Positions 11,802 to 24,125 of a stretch of 64,000 nucleotides of DNA are shown piece after piece (position 1 is the stretch's first letter; each line of letters begins with the position of its first letter). Below the pieces are notes generated by a model. That model was not told the DNA's origin and did no database searches. It worked only from the letters and a program-made list of their open reading frames with translations. This DNA comes from Heteronotia binoei (taxonomy: Eukaryota): positions 76,074,001 through 76,138,000 of the forward strand of contig NC_083230.1 in the NCBI RefSeq assembly GCF_032191835.1, read 5' to 3'. Position numbers and translations under genes: made by a program.

Positions 11802-13668
11802 ATGGAAAAGTGTTGGGAATTTTTTAAACGCTGTCTCCAGTGCGGGAGTAAAATTCCGCCTCCGGACGGACATTCTCTGCTGTGCTTGGGAGAAGGTCAT
11901 TGGGTGGAGTCCTTCCACCATTGTTCCAAGTTTTTCAGGCAAACTAGGAAGAGCAGAGTGGCCAGTTTCGGTGGCATTACTGAAGTTGGCCCTGACCCCG
12001 CAAATGGAAGTTTCAACGTTGACAGCAACCGCTGGTTCGGCTTCGACACCGACGTCGCCATCGATGCCGAGTCAACAGACTCAACTTTTCCATACTGACC
12101 CCCCCCCCCCCGCCAAGCGTGCGGGATAGGTGTCGGTTTCCGATTCCTCCACTCTAGCCAAGACGGCTAAGGGAGGAAGGGAGCGCTCCTTGCAGGAGCC
12201 AAAAAAGCAAAAAGAGAAGTGACGGAATGTCAATCGACATACTCCCTCCCTGCCACCAAAGAGGCGCTTGGACCCGACAGCCAAACCACCAAAACGAATT
12301 CTGGCTTCCCTGGCACGATCGAAAAGCCCCTCGGGACCGAACGACCCACAGTCAACGTCATGCTCCGGCTCTGAACCCAAGAGCAATCTAACCCAGCTAT
12401 CGATTTCACCAAAGACGACATCACACTGTACAGACTCCTCCCCATTGGAGGTCAACGCTCCTCGAACGAGGATTACATCGACGCCGATGACCAAACCTGA
12501 TGAGGGGGAACAGTCCGATTCATTCCGGCGCCCGACTCTGCTACCGAACTGGGACCCTCGTCCATGGTTGTACCCATTTGGGGGTACTAGGCAACCTACC
12601 CTTGGTACCCTCCACAAAGCCCCGATTGGGATCAACGTTCAGAGGCTTCTCATTGTTCAAGGGTGTCATATTGTTCAGCTCCGGTCAAACCTTCGACCTC
12701 GATGCCGGAATCGCGTCCGAGGACCAGCGCTTCCTGGTCTCGCACGCCAGAACACGCCCCAGAAGCGGAGCATAGTGACTCCTCCTCTGCATCGGTACCG
12801 GAGTCAGATGATGAACATCATTCAGAGCCATCTCTGGAGCAGAGAACAGCGGAGGATCTTCCCATCTCTCCCTCAGAGGATCTAAAGTCCTATGGGGAGC
12901 TTATCAAAAGACTGGCTCAAACTCTGTCATTGCCCATGGTACAGCCTCAGCTTGTGATTGATGACACGGTGTTTGACATCATTCAACGGGACACATCCAC
13001 GCCTATAGTGCTACCTGTGACCAAGGTCATACATGGCTCTTATTAAGGAGCCATGGGCAAAGCTGGCTTCAACCCCCATCTCCTCCAGGAGGTTGGACCA
13101 CATGTATAGGGTTCAAGAGGAAGGGGCTGAGTATTTGTTTTGTCACCCTTGCCCCAACTCAGTCGTTGCATCCTTATCTAAGGCCAAGAAAACCCATTCT
13201 GCACCTCCCGATAAGGAGGGTAAGAGACTGGACAACTTTGGCAGACGCTTCTATACAGCAGGTGCCTTAGGTATTAAGATCTCCAATTATTTGGCCTGCA
13301 TGGCCAGGTACCAGTGCTCCCTGTGGGAGCAGCTCACACCGCTTCTAACCTCCCTGTCAGATGAAAAACAAGCCTCTACAAGGAGGCTATTGAAGGAGGG
13401 ATTGCTCCTTTCAAAACAGCAACTGACAGTGTCCAAGCATATGGTCGACACTGCAGCCAAAACTTTGACATCAGCAGTAACCTTGAGACGTCACTCCTGG
13501 CTTTGCTCTACGGCACTACATTTGGATACGAGGTCTTGGGTTGAGGATCTTCCATTTGAGGGGGAAGGATTTTTTAGTTCTACCACAGACTCCATCAAGA
13601 CATCCAGAAATCTTGGAGTTCCACCCATGTCTCGTCCCAATCCACCTCGCCCAAATCCTAGGCAATAG
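11802..13668 (+). pseudogene. DIRS1 gag-like ORF1 (N-terminal Cys/His cluster, LAP2alpha-like region), frameshifted
   Basis: MEKCWEFFKRCLQCGSKIPPPDGH...CLGEGH; later DTVFDIIQRD...KEPWAK...PPDKEGKRLDNFGRR. Homologous to 25867-27790. Confidence 0.8.
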
Positions 13669-13869
13669 TCTAAAAAACCATATCCGCCCAAGTCACCGGA
13701 GAGGTCATGGAAACCTTGTACTCCGCAGCAGGACAACAAGAGCCTGTATTCTGGCGGCAAATCAACATTTTCTTCGCCACCCTCACACTCAGCAAAATCT
13801 AAAGGTTCTCGGAACCCTAAACAGGGTCTTTGACTTTGGCCTTCATACCATCCACCCTTCCTTCCCCTC

Positions 13870-15235
13870 CTCAGGCCCCACACGCCTCCACAGTTTTCTA
13901 CCAGCATCACCGAGGCTTATCACCACCGACAAATGGGTCTTGTCCATCATAGAGGAGGGATATGCGACAGAATTTGTTCAGTTTCCCCTAGGTTCAAAAC
14001 TAGTGGTCACTCATCCTACACCGGTCCTACTGGAAGAAGTTCAGAACCTCTTGACCAAGCAAGCAATAAAACTGGTTCCAGATCCCCTCAGGGGGCAAGG
14101 ATTCTATTCAAGGTATTTCGTGGTTCCCAAAAAAGGATGGTGGGCTTCGTCCAATTATGGACTTGAGGGACTTGAACATCTTCATATCCTACCAGAAGTT
14201 TTGGATGCTCATATTGCAGAACATCCTATCACTGATCAAGGAAGGGAACTGGATGGCCACGTTGGACTTGAAGGATGCCTATTTCCATATTGGCATCTGG
14301 CTGAGCCACAGGGCTTTTCTCAGGTTTGCCATAGGACCAGACCATTACCAATACAAGACTCTCCCATTCGGACTCTCTACAGCACCCAGAGTGTTTACAA
14401 AGACTATGGCGGTTGTAGCAGCCCACCTGCGTCTGCAGGGTGTAGTCGTCTTCCCTTATATAGACGATTGGTTGGTCGTGGCCACTTCCAAGCCTCAGCT
14501 TATCATTAACCTCAGACTAACCCTCAGTCTCCTTCAGGACTTAGGTCTCCAGGTGAATTTTGCAAAGTCACATCTGACACCTTCAAGAAAGGTGCAATTC
14601 ATTGGTGCGATTCTGGACACCACGTGGCACTTAGCCATCCTTCCAGAGGGCAGAGCATCAGACATTATTGCTCTGGTCTCGCATCTGCAACTCCAAAAGA
14701 GGGGGACATTGCTGCAGTTCCAGCGTCTCCTGGGGTTGATGGCAGCCACCACGAATGTTCTCCGCTTCATGAAGTTTCGCATGAGAACACTACAGCTGTG
14801 GTTCCTAAAGTGCTTCAATCCGTTGCTGGACTCTTGGCGAAGGTCCTTGTCCATTACCGCTTTGGTTCTCTGCTCTCTGGACTGGTGGAAGGTGAGAGCC
14901 ATTCTCTGCCAAGGAGCTCCATTCCAACTTCCGTCCCCCTTGGAGACGATACTAACCGATGCCTCTATGGGGGATGGGAGGCCATCTGGACAAGCTGAAT
15001 GTTGGTGGCCCATGGACCTGTTCCTTCGCACAGCACCACACCAACTACCTGGAGCTGACTGCTATCAGATTAGCCCTCATTTCCTTCAGGCCCCTGTTGG
15101 AAAACAAGACTGTAGCTGTACTGACGGACAATACTACTGCTATGGCCTATGTCAGCAGATGGGGGCACGGTCTCAAGAAAGCTGTGTGCTTTAGCAATGA
15201 GCCTGTGGGAAGATTGCAAACATCTTTGTAGTGGC
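13870..15235 (+). pseudogene. DIRS1 reverse transcriptase/RNase H, frameshifted; methyltransferase part deleted
   Basis: GFYSRYFVVPKK, LDLKDAYFHI, LPFGLSTAPRVFTK, FPYIDDWL, TDAS, NYLEL, TDNTTAMAY. Confidence 0.93.
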
Positions 15236-15289
15236 CAAGCATTTGCCTGTTTCATCACAATGTCCCCCATCTCAAATTAACTGCTTGGA

Positions 15290-16323
15290 GGATGAGCTTC
15301 CAGCATTCTCTGGCAGAATTAGACATGTCCTACTGAATAGTAGGAAGCCTTCGACTCGCCGCTCTTACACAAGCAAGTGGGCGAGGTTTACTAACTTTGT
15401 CCAGGAGTGGAGTGTGTTAGCCCAGAGTGCTGGACTTGAGCTAGTTTTTGAATTTATTTCATCCCTGGTGGATGCTGGCCTTGACCACTCTTCTATTAGG
15501 GTTTATTTGGCTGCGATTTCCTCTCACCACGCCCCGGTGGAAGGGAAGTCTGTGTTCATGCACGGGCACATTAAATATTTCCTGCAGGGTTTACTTCGAT
15601 TATACCCACCTTCCAGAATGCCTCCCTCTTCCTGAGACCTTCCCTTGGTCTTGGGTAGGCTTACGGGGAAACCGTTTGAGCCCTTAGCCACTTGTCCTTT
15701 GCATTTGCTTTCATGGAAGACTGCTCTCCTGGTTGCTGTCACCTCGGCTAGACGAGTGGGTGAACTGGTGGCTTTGCGCTCTGACCCTCCTTATATCACC
15801 TTCCATGTTGATAGTGTTTCTTTGGCACCAGATATTGCTTTCCTTCCTAAAGTAGTGTCAAGTTTCCATCTGAACCTAGAGGTCACACTACCGATGTTCT
15901 ATTCCTCGCCCTCCTCGGCTGAGGAGCAGAGACTGCATTCGCTGGATGTTAAGTGAACTTTACTTTTTTTATCTGTAGCGCACAAAGAGCTTTCGCAGGG
16001 ACCCTCATTTGTTTGTTTCTTATGCGCCCCCTAATTTGGGCCATAAGATTTCAGCTCAGAGACTTTCTAAATGGATCTCGGAAGCCATCAAACTGTGCTA
16101 CTTGCTGGCGAAGCGACCTCTGCCAGGTCCCATCCGTGCCCATTCTACTAGGGCACTGGCTACTTCCACTGCATTCCTAAAGGGTGCTTCCTTAGTTGAC
16201 ATCTGTTGAGCAGCTATGTGGGAGTCTCCTCACGCTTTCATGAGACATTACACCCTTGATGTCAGGAGGCATCATACGGCGCAGCTGGGCAACCTGGTCC
16301 TTCAGTCTGTTCATTCAGCATGA
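15290..16323 (+). pseudogene. DIRS1 tyrosine recombinase with premature stops
   Basis: TSARRVGEL (catalytic R), AHSTRA (HxxR) and FMRHY (catalytic Y); several in-frame stops. Confidence 0.92.
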
Positions 16324-16363
16324 CCATCAGCTCCCACCTCCAGGTAAGCCTGGCTTGGTAATC

Positions 16364-16456
16364 TCCCATGGGTGTGAAGCACAGAGACCACGAAGAAGAT
16401 AAACAGGTTGCTTACCTGTAACTGATGATCTTTGAGTGGTCATCTGTGTATTCACA
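16364..16456. repeat. DIRS internal complementary region (ICR), copy 1
   Basis: 16364-16400 is the reverse complement of the left terminus and 16401-16456 is the reverse complement of the right terminus, which spells out the circle junction. Confidence 0.93.
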
Positions 16457-16811
16457 TCACCCGCCCTCCTTCCCCTATGCTGTTGGTCATTCTTGTGACT
16501 GACTCTGGTCAGAAGGAACTGGCGGGATCTCTGCGCCGTCCCAGGAGCATGCGTGGTGGGGGCTTTGTGCATGCTCACGGGACGTCGGCATGTTAAAATC
16601 CCGGTCTTGGGTACTACCGATCGGGGATCGGCGCTGAAGCTTCATCCCATGGGTGTGAATGCACAGATGACCACTCGAAGATCATCAGTTACCGGTAAGC
16701 AACCTGTTTTTATCTTGGCATCCGTGTGGGTAGGGTTCACACACCTATGCAGACCATATATGGGCTTTGTTCTACTCTTTGCAACTAACTAATGGCCTTC
16801 TTCCTTGGCAG

Positions 16812-16966
16812 GTGTGCCACAATCAGCAGCATGGATCTTGGGGAAACAATGACCTTTAACTGTGCGGGAATGCAAGGGCAGTATGTGACCATTACTATCC
16901 CCGGGAGAAGGGAGTTCCTCTCACTCTGTGAAGTGCAAGTGCTTGGACACCCATGGCTACACATAG
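16812..16966 (+). CDS. FTLD-pentraxin fusion gene, FTLD exon B
   Basis: TTGGCAG acceptor; phase 2 joins NPR|CATISSMDLGETMTFNCAGMQGQYVTITIPGRREFLSLCEVQVLG; donor G|GTGAGC, phase 1. Confidence 0.92.
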
Positions 16967-18855
16967 GTGAGCAGATGACGTGCATTTAGGATCCCTTGAA
17001 TTTTATGTGTGTATCTGGAGAACACAGTTATCAGTGTGCAGGGTATACAAGGGCTACGTTGCCTTTCCCAGTGCTGTAAAATCATTAGGCAATGTGTGAT
17101 ATTTAACAGGCTTTGTACACCGCACTTTGGTTGCTTTATACTGGACCTGCTGCTATAAATACATTGTAACTAATATGACAGAAAAATAATATAAATCGTG
17201 GGTAGCTTCAGGGGTTGCCACTAATGGTTGCCTCTTGTCGCTTTTAATAAACAGCAGCCTCTAGTTAGTGTGTGGTGCAAGTGAGCAGCTGTTGTCTGGG
17301 TTACTCTGAAAGTTTGTTGATCTTGATTGTGACACAGCAGTAATCTAGTTTTAGCTGTAGAATGTACTTGATTTCTTGGAAACCTAGGCTGGAGATGTAT
17401 ATAAATAGCTTTTCAGAAAGCAGAGGCTGTATTGTAAAGCATGCACCCCCCCATCTTTTCATACACATTTTTCAGGTTTCTGTAGTGCTTCAAGCCTGGA
17501 AACTATAAAATGAGACTTGAGAAATTCAGCTATTGTTGCCATAACCAGTTGTAAATTAGCCATTTTAGGCGCCTATTGGTAGTGCCCATGCCTATTGGTA
17601 GTGCCCATGCTCCTGCCACCAATGATTACATCTAGCATGCTTTCTTTCTCAAAGTCCACAGGAGTTTCAAAACTTTCTAATTTGCAGGAAAGGGGAATGG
17701 GTATTGCAAAGAATGCATGCATACCCAGACATTCAAAGATGTAGCTCTTTAGAAGAGGGTGACAAAGAATTCAGAATTCTCCATTCTCCTCACCTGTATG
17801 CTTCCATTTGCAGTTTGCTTTTTTCCTTAAAAATATCTTCTCCACTGTCCACATGTCCATGTTTCATGCCTGGGCCAAATGCTTTATGCTGCGCTGTAAA
17901 GAGTTTGAAGTCATGTGACCCCTGACCCTCCAAATGATGCACACAGAGCAAATCTCTCTTTAGCCGACTGACAAGTGCATGGCATATTGTGCTTTGAAAA
18001 GACATGTCATTTGATGAACTTTGGTTAAACAAAAAAAATTAAAATTGAACAAGGCATGAATGCACAAAGGTCCATGGAGTCAGATCACTGGTCTAGTCAT
18101 CTAACTCAGGACTGTCTGTTAGTGACTCTTGGGCACAGATCTTTCCCAGTGCTGCAACTGGAGACACTTTGGTTGAAGTTGTGGTTGAAGTTTCCACAAG
18201 AAGGCATGAATATGTGCTCCTGCCATGGCTGCGACAGCAATCTGGGTGGGAACAAGTGGATTTTTTTCCTATAAAGACCTGTCCCTACTGCACTTGCTGT
18301 TGCTGCTGGCCCCGCATCTCAGTCCTCCCCTTTTCTCCACTGTGCCTGTCAGATGTGACAGCAAGTTTGGCATTTCCCCATAGCCCAGACACCCCCTTTC
18401 TGTTCCCTTTTCACTTTTCCTGCCAAGCACTGCTGTAATGCTATTGCATGGTTCAATTGGCAAAGGAAAACCCCCCTGCAATGGGATTGTAAAGGAGGGA
18501 AGGAAATGCCATTTGGAAGATGCAGCTCATATCTGCTCACTCCCCACTGTGGCTGTGGGTAGAGTGTTGTGTGCCCCACCCCTGCAGTTTCCCTTCTGAG
18601 TTGGACTAAAATAAGTTTACTTTTAATTCAGTTCAAGGGGGAAAATAATTTAAAGCCTTTGTGCTGCCTGTGTGGAGCAAAATGCCAATGTGGAAGCAGC
18701 CCCTGTCAGACATGTGCTCTGCTGTGGAACTATGGCTCCTTTGTCTTGACTAAAGTGATGCTGCACTTCCAGGCTCATGTGTGTAGGGGTGGAGGTTATG
18801 TTAATATGACTAGAAATCTTCTGGGTTGTCCAGAGGAATTATGTATGTGTGTAAA

Positions 18856-19035
18856 GTGCTGTCAAGTTGCAACTGGCTTATGTTGACCTCAGCAAGGGTC
18901 TTTCAAGCTAAATAAGAAGCAGAGGTGATTTGGCATTGCCTTGCTCTGCAGAGCCTTCCTTGGTGGTCTGCCATCCAAGTGCTGACCCTGCATAGCTTCC
19001 GAGGTCTGATAAGATTAGTCTATCATGCTGCCTTC
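18856..19035 (-). mobile_element. 5S rRNA-derived SINE with BovB/RTE-like tail
   Basis: Minus strand reads CTCGGAAGCTATGCAGGGTCAG...CTTGGATGG (5S A/C-box-like), then AAGGCAATGCCAAATCACC...CAACTTGAC (Sauria/BovB-type tail). Confidence 0.6.
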
Positions 19036-19229
19036 TGTGCCGCAGAGGAATGAAAGAATTATGCAAGAAGTAACAATACATTTCCACATGAAAGTATTAA
19101 AAACATGGAGTGTTAGGCCATTCTAGTGGTCACATAGGACCTGTTCACACTGAGAAAAGGATGAGACAAACAAATGAATCATTATAGTATGTGCAGGAGA
19201 TGAAAGAATGAGCTATGATCCAGAAGATC

Positions 19230-19375
19230 CCCAGTGGACTTCTTGCCTCTGCCACAGACTCACTAGGTGGCCTCAAACCTGCCACACTTTCTTAGTCTCA
19301 GCACCCCATCTCCAATATGGGGATGAATATATTGGTCTTAATGTATGTGAAGTGCTTTGAACATGGGATGTGCTT
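19230..19375 (+). mobile_element. MIR/CORE-like SINE remnant
   Basis: CTCTGCCACAGACTCACT...GTCTCAGCACCCCATCTCCAATATGGGGATG...GTGAAGTGCTTTG. Confidence 0.5.
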
Positions 19376-19959
19376 GCATATACATTAGTATACCAGCAAA
19401 ATTAGAAATAAGCTTGAAGAGCACTATAAACCAGAAAATTCACCATGGTTAGATCTAGAGTTAGTTTAAGGACTCAAGTCCAATGTCTCATAGTTGTGTA
19501 AAGCCTCAACAATAAGTTTGGCCCAGTTTTTCTTTCTGTCATGGTTCGTTTCTCATGGATGGCAAATGTAGTAGTATTTAAGGTTGTGAGAGTGTTAGAA
19601 GCCCCCTGGGTCCCACAGAAAGAGTAGGTGATGTTAGTAATTGAGAGAGAATTGTCTTTGTTCCTATAACTTATTCTTGACCTAGATGAATCCATCCACA
19701 CCAAATTCAATTTTGGTCTTCATTCTTACTCATCTGTTGTGCAATCCTGCCATCTTGTGGCTTTTTTTTGTTATATCCAGTGCTCTGAATTCACACCAAG
19801 GAAAGCATGTTAGTTCCTTGAACATTTCCCAACCTACCTGTACCTTTTGCAGAAAAGCAGATTTCCCAAGTCTCATTTTAAACTGCCTTTGCTATATAAT
19901 GGATGGGTTTATAGTACCTGTTCTATTCTTCATAAATCCAAGGCAAATGTGCACGTCTT

Positions 19960-20160
19960 TTTTTTTTTTAATGTAGCCTGCCTTACTCTTTAGTGGAGAC
20001 CCCGAGTGGCTTATCTGCTGTATCCTCACAACAGCCACCCTGTGAGGAAGGTTAGGCTAAGAGAGTGCAATGGATGCTTGGCAAGCTTGCATGGCAAGTG
20101 GGGAGTCAAATCCCATCCTCCCAGCATGACTTAGTAGCCACTATGCCATTCTGGCTCTAA
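19960..20160 (-). mobile_element. Degenerate SINE with L2-type tail
   Basis: CCTCACAACAGCCACCCTGTGAGG core and T-rich tail on +. Confidence 0.45.
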
Positions 20161-20519
20161 AAGAACTAGAAGCAGAAAGATTGATGAAGTGGCATCATGT
20201 TTGTTTTTAAGCTGATTGTTTTCCACTTCTGTAGAGTGAGGGTGAAGCCTTGCTCATATTTATGACTTTTTGTAATAGATGAGTCATCCACTCATGTGAT
20301 CAGTAAATACATGGATTGTCACAGTGGTGCAGGGGCTGTTGAGGGAGAGGGGGAGTTCGGTTGCTCATTGCTAGTGATACTGCAGTGACTGTTCAGTGGC
20401 CTCATGTCAGATATGTTACCTCATTCAAAAGAGGAAACACGTTTAGTTGCTTTTTGGTTTGGTCAAAAGATGTCAGTGGAAGGAAGTTTTGCCTATTTCC
20501 CCGTTTTTGTGTGCTTTTA

Positions 20520-21655
20520 AAATATTATTTATTATATTTATGAATTGTCTCATCACCACAGCTGTGGGTCTCTAGGCTATGTACAGTGCCATAAAAACAA
20601 TAAAACCATAAAATCAAAATCATAACCCATAACACATTAGTTTAAAATCAAGTGGGACAATTTGCAGTTCCCTCCCACTTCCATACTGTGAGTGCCTTGT
20701 GGATGTCAGGGAGAGGAATTGGATCAGTCAGAGGGGAGAGAGCAAGGGAGGGGTGCCAGCTGTGATGTAAACCATCACTGCCCTCAACCAAATGTCCAGC
20801 AGAACATCTCTGCCTTGCAGGCCTCGTGGAATTGCATAAGATCCTGCAGGGCCCTGATGTTATTTGGCAGAGAGTTCCACCAGGTTGGGGTCAGGACAAA
20901 AAAGGCCCTGGCCCTGGTCGAGGACAGCCAAATATCTCTGGGGCTGGGGATCACCAGCAAGTTGTTGTCTGTTGAGCTTAGTGTTCTCCCGGGGGTATAT
21001 CAGAGGAGGTGGTTTCACAGATACATTGATCTTAGACTGCTCAAGACCTTGAAGGTCAAAACCAAAACACTGAATTTGACTCAGTGTTCCATTGGAAGCC
21101 AGTGTAGCTGGTGCAGCTCATATGTGCAGTCTGTGATGTTCCCATTAGGACTTGCGCTGCTGCATTCTAGATCAATTAGAGCTTCTGGGTCAGCCCTAAG
21201 GGTGGGCCGGTATAAACCAAGTTACAGTAGTCTAGCTTGGAGGCAACTGTTGCATGGATTACTGTGGCTAGGTCAGGGTGCGGCAGGAAAGGGGCCAGAT
21301 GCCAAGCTGGGTATAGGTGGAAAAGTTCCAGTCTGGCTGTATGTGTTATCTGGGCCTCCATATTCAGAGAGGCATCCAGAATCATACCCAAAACTCCTGA
21401 CAGACTGCACCAGTATCAGTGGCTCACCATGAAGAGCAGGTAATCTGGATCCTAAAGCCTCACCAGCCACAGAACCTCCATCTTTGTTGGATTCAGTTTC
21501 AACCTGTTCTTTTTAACCATCCCACCATGGCTTCCAAACCCATGGCCAGATTTTGTGGGGCAGCATCTGAGTGGCTGTCCAGTAGCAGATATAGCTGGGT
21601 GCCATCAGAATATTGGTTACACCCAAATTTGAAGCTCCATGCCAATTTGAACAAC
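20520..21655 (-). mobile_element. L2 LINE 3' fragment
   Basis: Minus-strand peptide DLATVIHATVASKLDYCNLVYTGPPLGLTQKL is typical of L2 ORF2; A/T-rich tail at about 20520-20620. Confidence 0.8.
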
Positions 21656-21658
21656 ACT

Positions 21659-21810
21659 TAATCCTGGGTATAAACCTTCATGTGCATGTGCACTTTATCA
21701 GTATGCACATGAAAGCTTATATCCAGAATTAAACTTTGTTAGTCTTAAAGGTGCCACTGGACTCAAACTTTGTTCTGTTACTTCAGATCAACATAGTTAC
21801 CCACCTGAAT
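21659..21810. mobile_element. Palindromic Penelope-like remnant, copy 2
   Basis: Same family as 2367-2540, with the opposite arm retained (…GTTACCCACCTGAAT). Confidence 0.55.
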
Positions 21811-22679
21811 CTGTTGTTTGACCATGTTTAGGACTAGCGTTCCATAATCTATCACACAAAAAAATTGGTAGTTTAAAAAACCCAAGTATTACTTAACCCA
21901 TTCAATGGTGCCTATGCTCTGCCATCATTTGAGTGTTGAAATAGAAATAGTCATGATTTTAACCTTATGGCAGTTTCTCAAACTTTTATCTGGGTCCATT
22001 CAATGTAGCTTTGGACAATTTTCTAAAAATAAGTATCTTTGAATAGTTTATCCTTATTTTCTGCTATTGTTTGGAGTTGGTTATTCTGGACACATTGGGC
22101 TGAATCCTAAGTACCACTAGTGGAATGAAGGCCACAGAGCAGGAGTTCCCCAAATTTCTTCTCTTGTTACAGCCCACTAAACCCTGACATTCTGAAACCC
22201 CCAGGAACAGGGCAGAAGCATGGATTTGGGAGTCAGGGGTGTTGGGGCAGTTAGCAGCCATTACCCCCTTCCATTGCTATGGTGTAATCACTGCTACACC
22301 CATGGAATGACATCTTAGGCGAGCAGGCTGCAACATTCCTTACATATAGTTGCTTGTATGCTAAGCACAGGGCAGTGTGCAAAGACCCTTGACATTAGAA
22401 GAGGAGTAGCTGAGACATGTCAACCCCTTCCTAAGCCACATAACAAAATAGAGCTCTTCCTGATCTCCTTTCTTCACAGTTCGGGTTGGGAAGATGCAGT
22501 ACTGTGGGAACAGTTCTCTAAATCAAATCTGATTTAGTGTCCTGGGGGTGGGGGATTCAAGTCACTCAGTTTATGGTCGGTGAAAGAGAGAGGCTCCATT
22601 GGCCTCAGCAGTCACCATCTCCCAGTAACTTCATTCCTGATGCTCCCAGAATCCTCAGCCCCCACTTCCTGTATCCTGA

Positions 22680-22890
22680 CAGTTTGGTTCTAGGGTTTAA
22701 AGCCCCACATGACTTGGGACCAGGGTATTTGAAGGACTGTCTTCTCCTGCATGTTCCTTTCCCCAAATTAAGATCACAGAGAGAAGCTCTCCTGACCTAT
22801 CAATCAAAGATGCATGTTTGGAGGGCACGAGAGAGGGCCTTCTCAGTGGCAGTCCCACAATTACAGAACAACCTTCAGAGAGAGGTGTGC
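22680..22890 (+). mobile_element. L2 LINE 3' fragment
   Basis: FKAPHDLGPGYLKDCL...RERAFSVAVPQL resembles the L2 ORF2 C-terminus. Confidence 0.7.
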
Positions 22891-22896
22891 TTGCTC

Positions 22897-23303
22897 TAAG
22901 GTTCCTAGACCCCTTGCAGGGGTGGGGCATTTCCAGCCATGATTAACTAGCCAGTTGTGGGGGGAGCACCTACCAGCAGTGAAGGGAACCCTAAGCCAGC
23001 ATTGTTGGCAACATAGCATTGTCACTTTCAGCACACACCAGAAGTGATGATATGTAACTGCTAGTGCAGGACGCTCTAGTATTTTGGGCAAAAACTGTAT
23101 GGTAAAAATTGACTTCTACCGTAGCATTTTTGCCAAAGTACTAGCGTGTCCCCACATTGCTGGCAATGTGATGATGTCACTTCTGGTGTGTGCTGGAAGT
23201 GATGTTGCCAAGTCACAAGCAATGCTGGCCTAGGCTTCTCTGGACTGCAAGTAAGTCCTCATCCCACTGCCTGCGGGTTGCTGTGGGGTACCTGACAGCC
23301 CTA
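22897..23303. mobile_element. Degenerate hAT-like MITE (TAGGGTTGCCA family)
   Basis: Degenerate TIRs TAAGGTTCCTAG / CTGACAGCCCTA; internal similarity to 32622-32989; no TSD seen. Confidence 0.45.
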
Positions 23304-23587
23304 ATCCTGACCCCCTCAGTTTTGATTTTTAGGAGGTAGCTTTTAAGACAGTTTTATTTAGGACAATGTTTAATTTACTAGCAGTCCTCCTGTGATTGTA
23401 AATTTTGGGGGTTTATGTGTTTTATGTATTTTATTTTATGCACTTTATGTATATTGAAAACCACCTTGAACTTCATATGGAAGAAAGGCAGCTAATAAAT
23501 ATTTAAAATAAATACATAAAATATGGGATTTTGAATAATTCACCAGGGTCAGAAGCTCAATAATGTCACTTGTTTCCTTTTTTGCAG

Positions 23588-23635
23588 TTCATGATGGAGG
23601 GCGGAATCCTGTCAGAGACAGTGAAACTGATTTAG
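23588..23635 (+). CDS. FTLD-pentraxin fusion gene, 48-bp linker exon
   Basis: Long T tract+GCAG acceptor, donor G|GTAAGA, phase 1-1, open frame VHDGGRNPVRDSETDL. Confidence 0.75.
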   Translation, partial: FMMEGGILSETVKLI

Positions 23636-24125
23636 GTAAGAGCTTAGCTATTGCACTTTTATTTGCTAAAGCCTCTTCAGCAATACCAGCCTCTTCGTAT
23701 TTTTTTTTGTTTACAATGCTGTAATTGTGTCATGTAGGTCTTTTAAGGTGCCTTTTCTCTCTAACCAAATTCTGGAAGAACGCTGTGTCAGAGTTGTGCA
23801 GGCAAGCACTCATGTTGAAAAAAAATCAGGTTTTGACCATCCAAGGGTACCCTCCACATAACACTCCCTCCTAGTGTAAGAGGTACTTCCTCATCATGAG
23901 ATCCCATACCCCCATGATATGAATACAGGAAACTTGGGGGTAGTGCCAGTTGTATCTCAGGGTCCCTCTGACTTGATTGATTTTTTGGTTGGGATAATGT
24001 ACAGCCATCAGTGAACATTCAGTATGGAGAAGTGTGGACATGTATAAGGAATGGGTAAACAGCTGTGGTTTACTGTATTAAACACTAATTTCCTGGAAGG
24101 ACTCTAAGAATCTTCTGTCTTTTAG

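Larger units (their letters stand above)
11442..16709 (+). mobile_element. DIRS1-type tyrosine-recombinase retrotransposon, copy 1 (decayed, intronic)
   Basis: Left ITR 11442-about 11617, right ITR about 16506-16667 plus right extension to 16709, ICR 16364-16456, and gag, RT/RNaseH and YR remnants. Confidence 0.95.

Noticed and set aside
12081-12635. Antisense ORFs in DIRS gag (also 26535-27296)
   Set aside because: They lie over low-complexity Ser/Pro-rich gag sequence and are not conserved between the two copies.
16364-16709. Short dispersed repeats that might suggest a CRISPR-like array
   Set aside because: Fully explained as DIRS ITR/ICR architecture; no repeat-spacer periodicity; eukaryotic context.
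17571-17610. Local perfect duplications (19 bp here, about 26 bp at 44354-44404, about 47 bp at 61183-61272)
   Set aside because: Ordinary slippage or tandem duplications with no sign of function.
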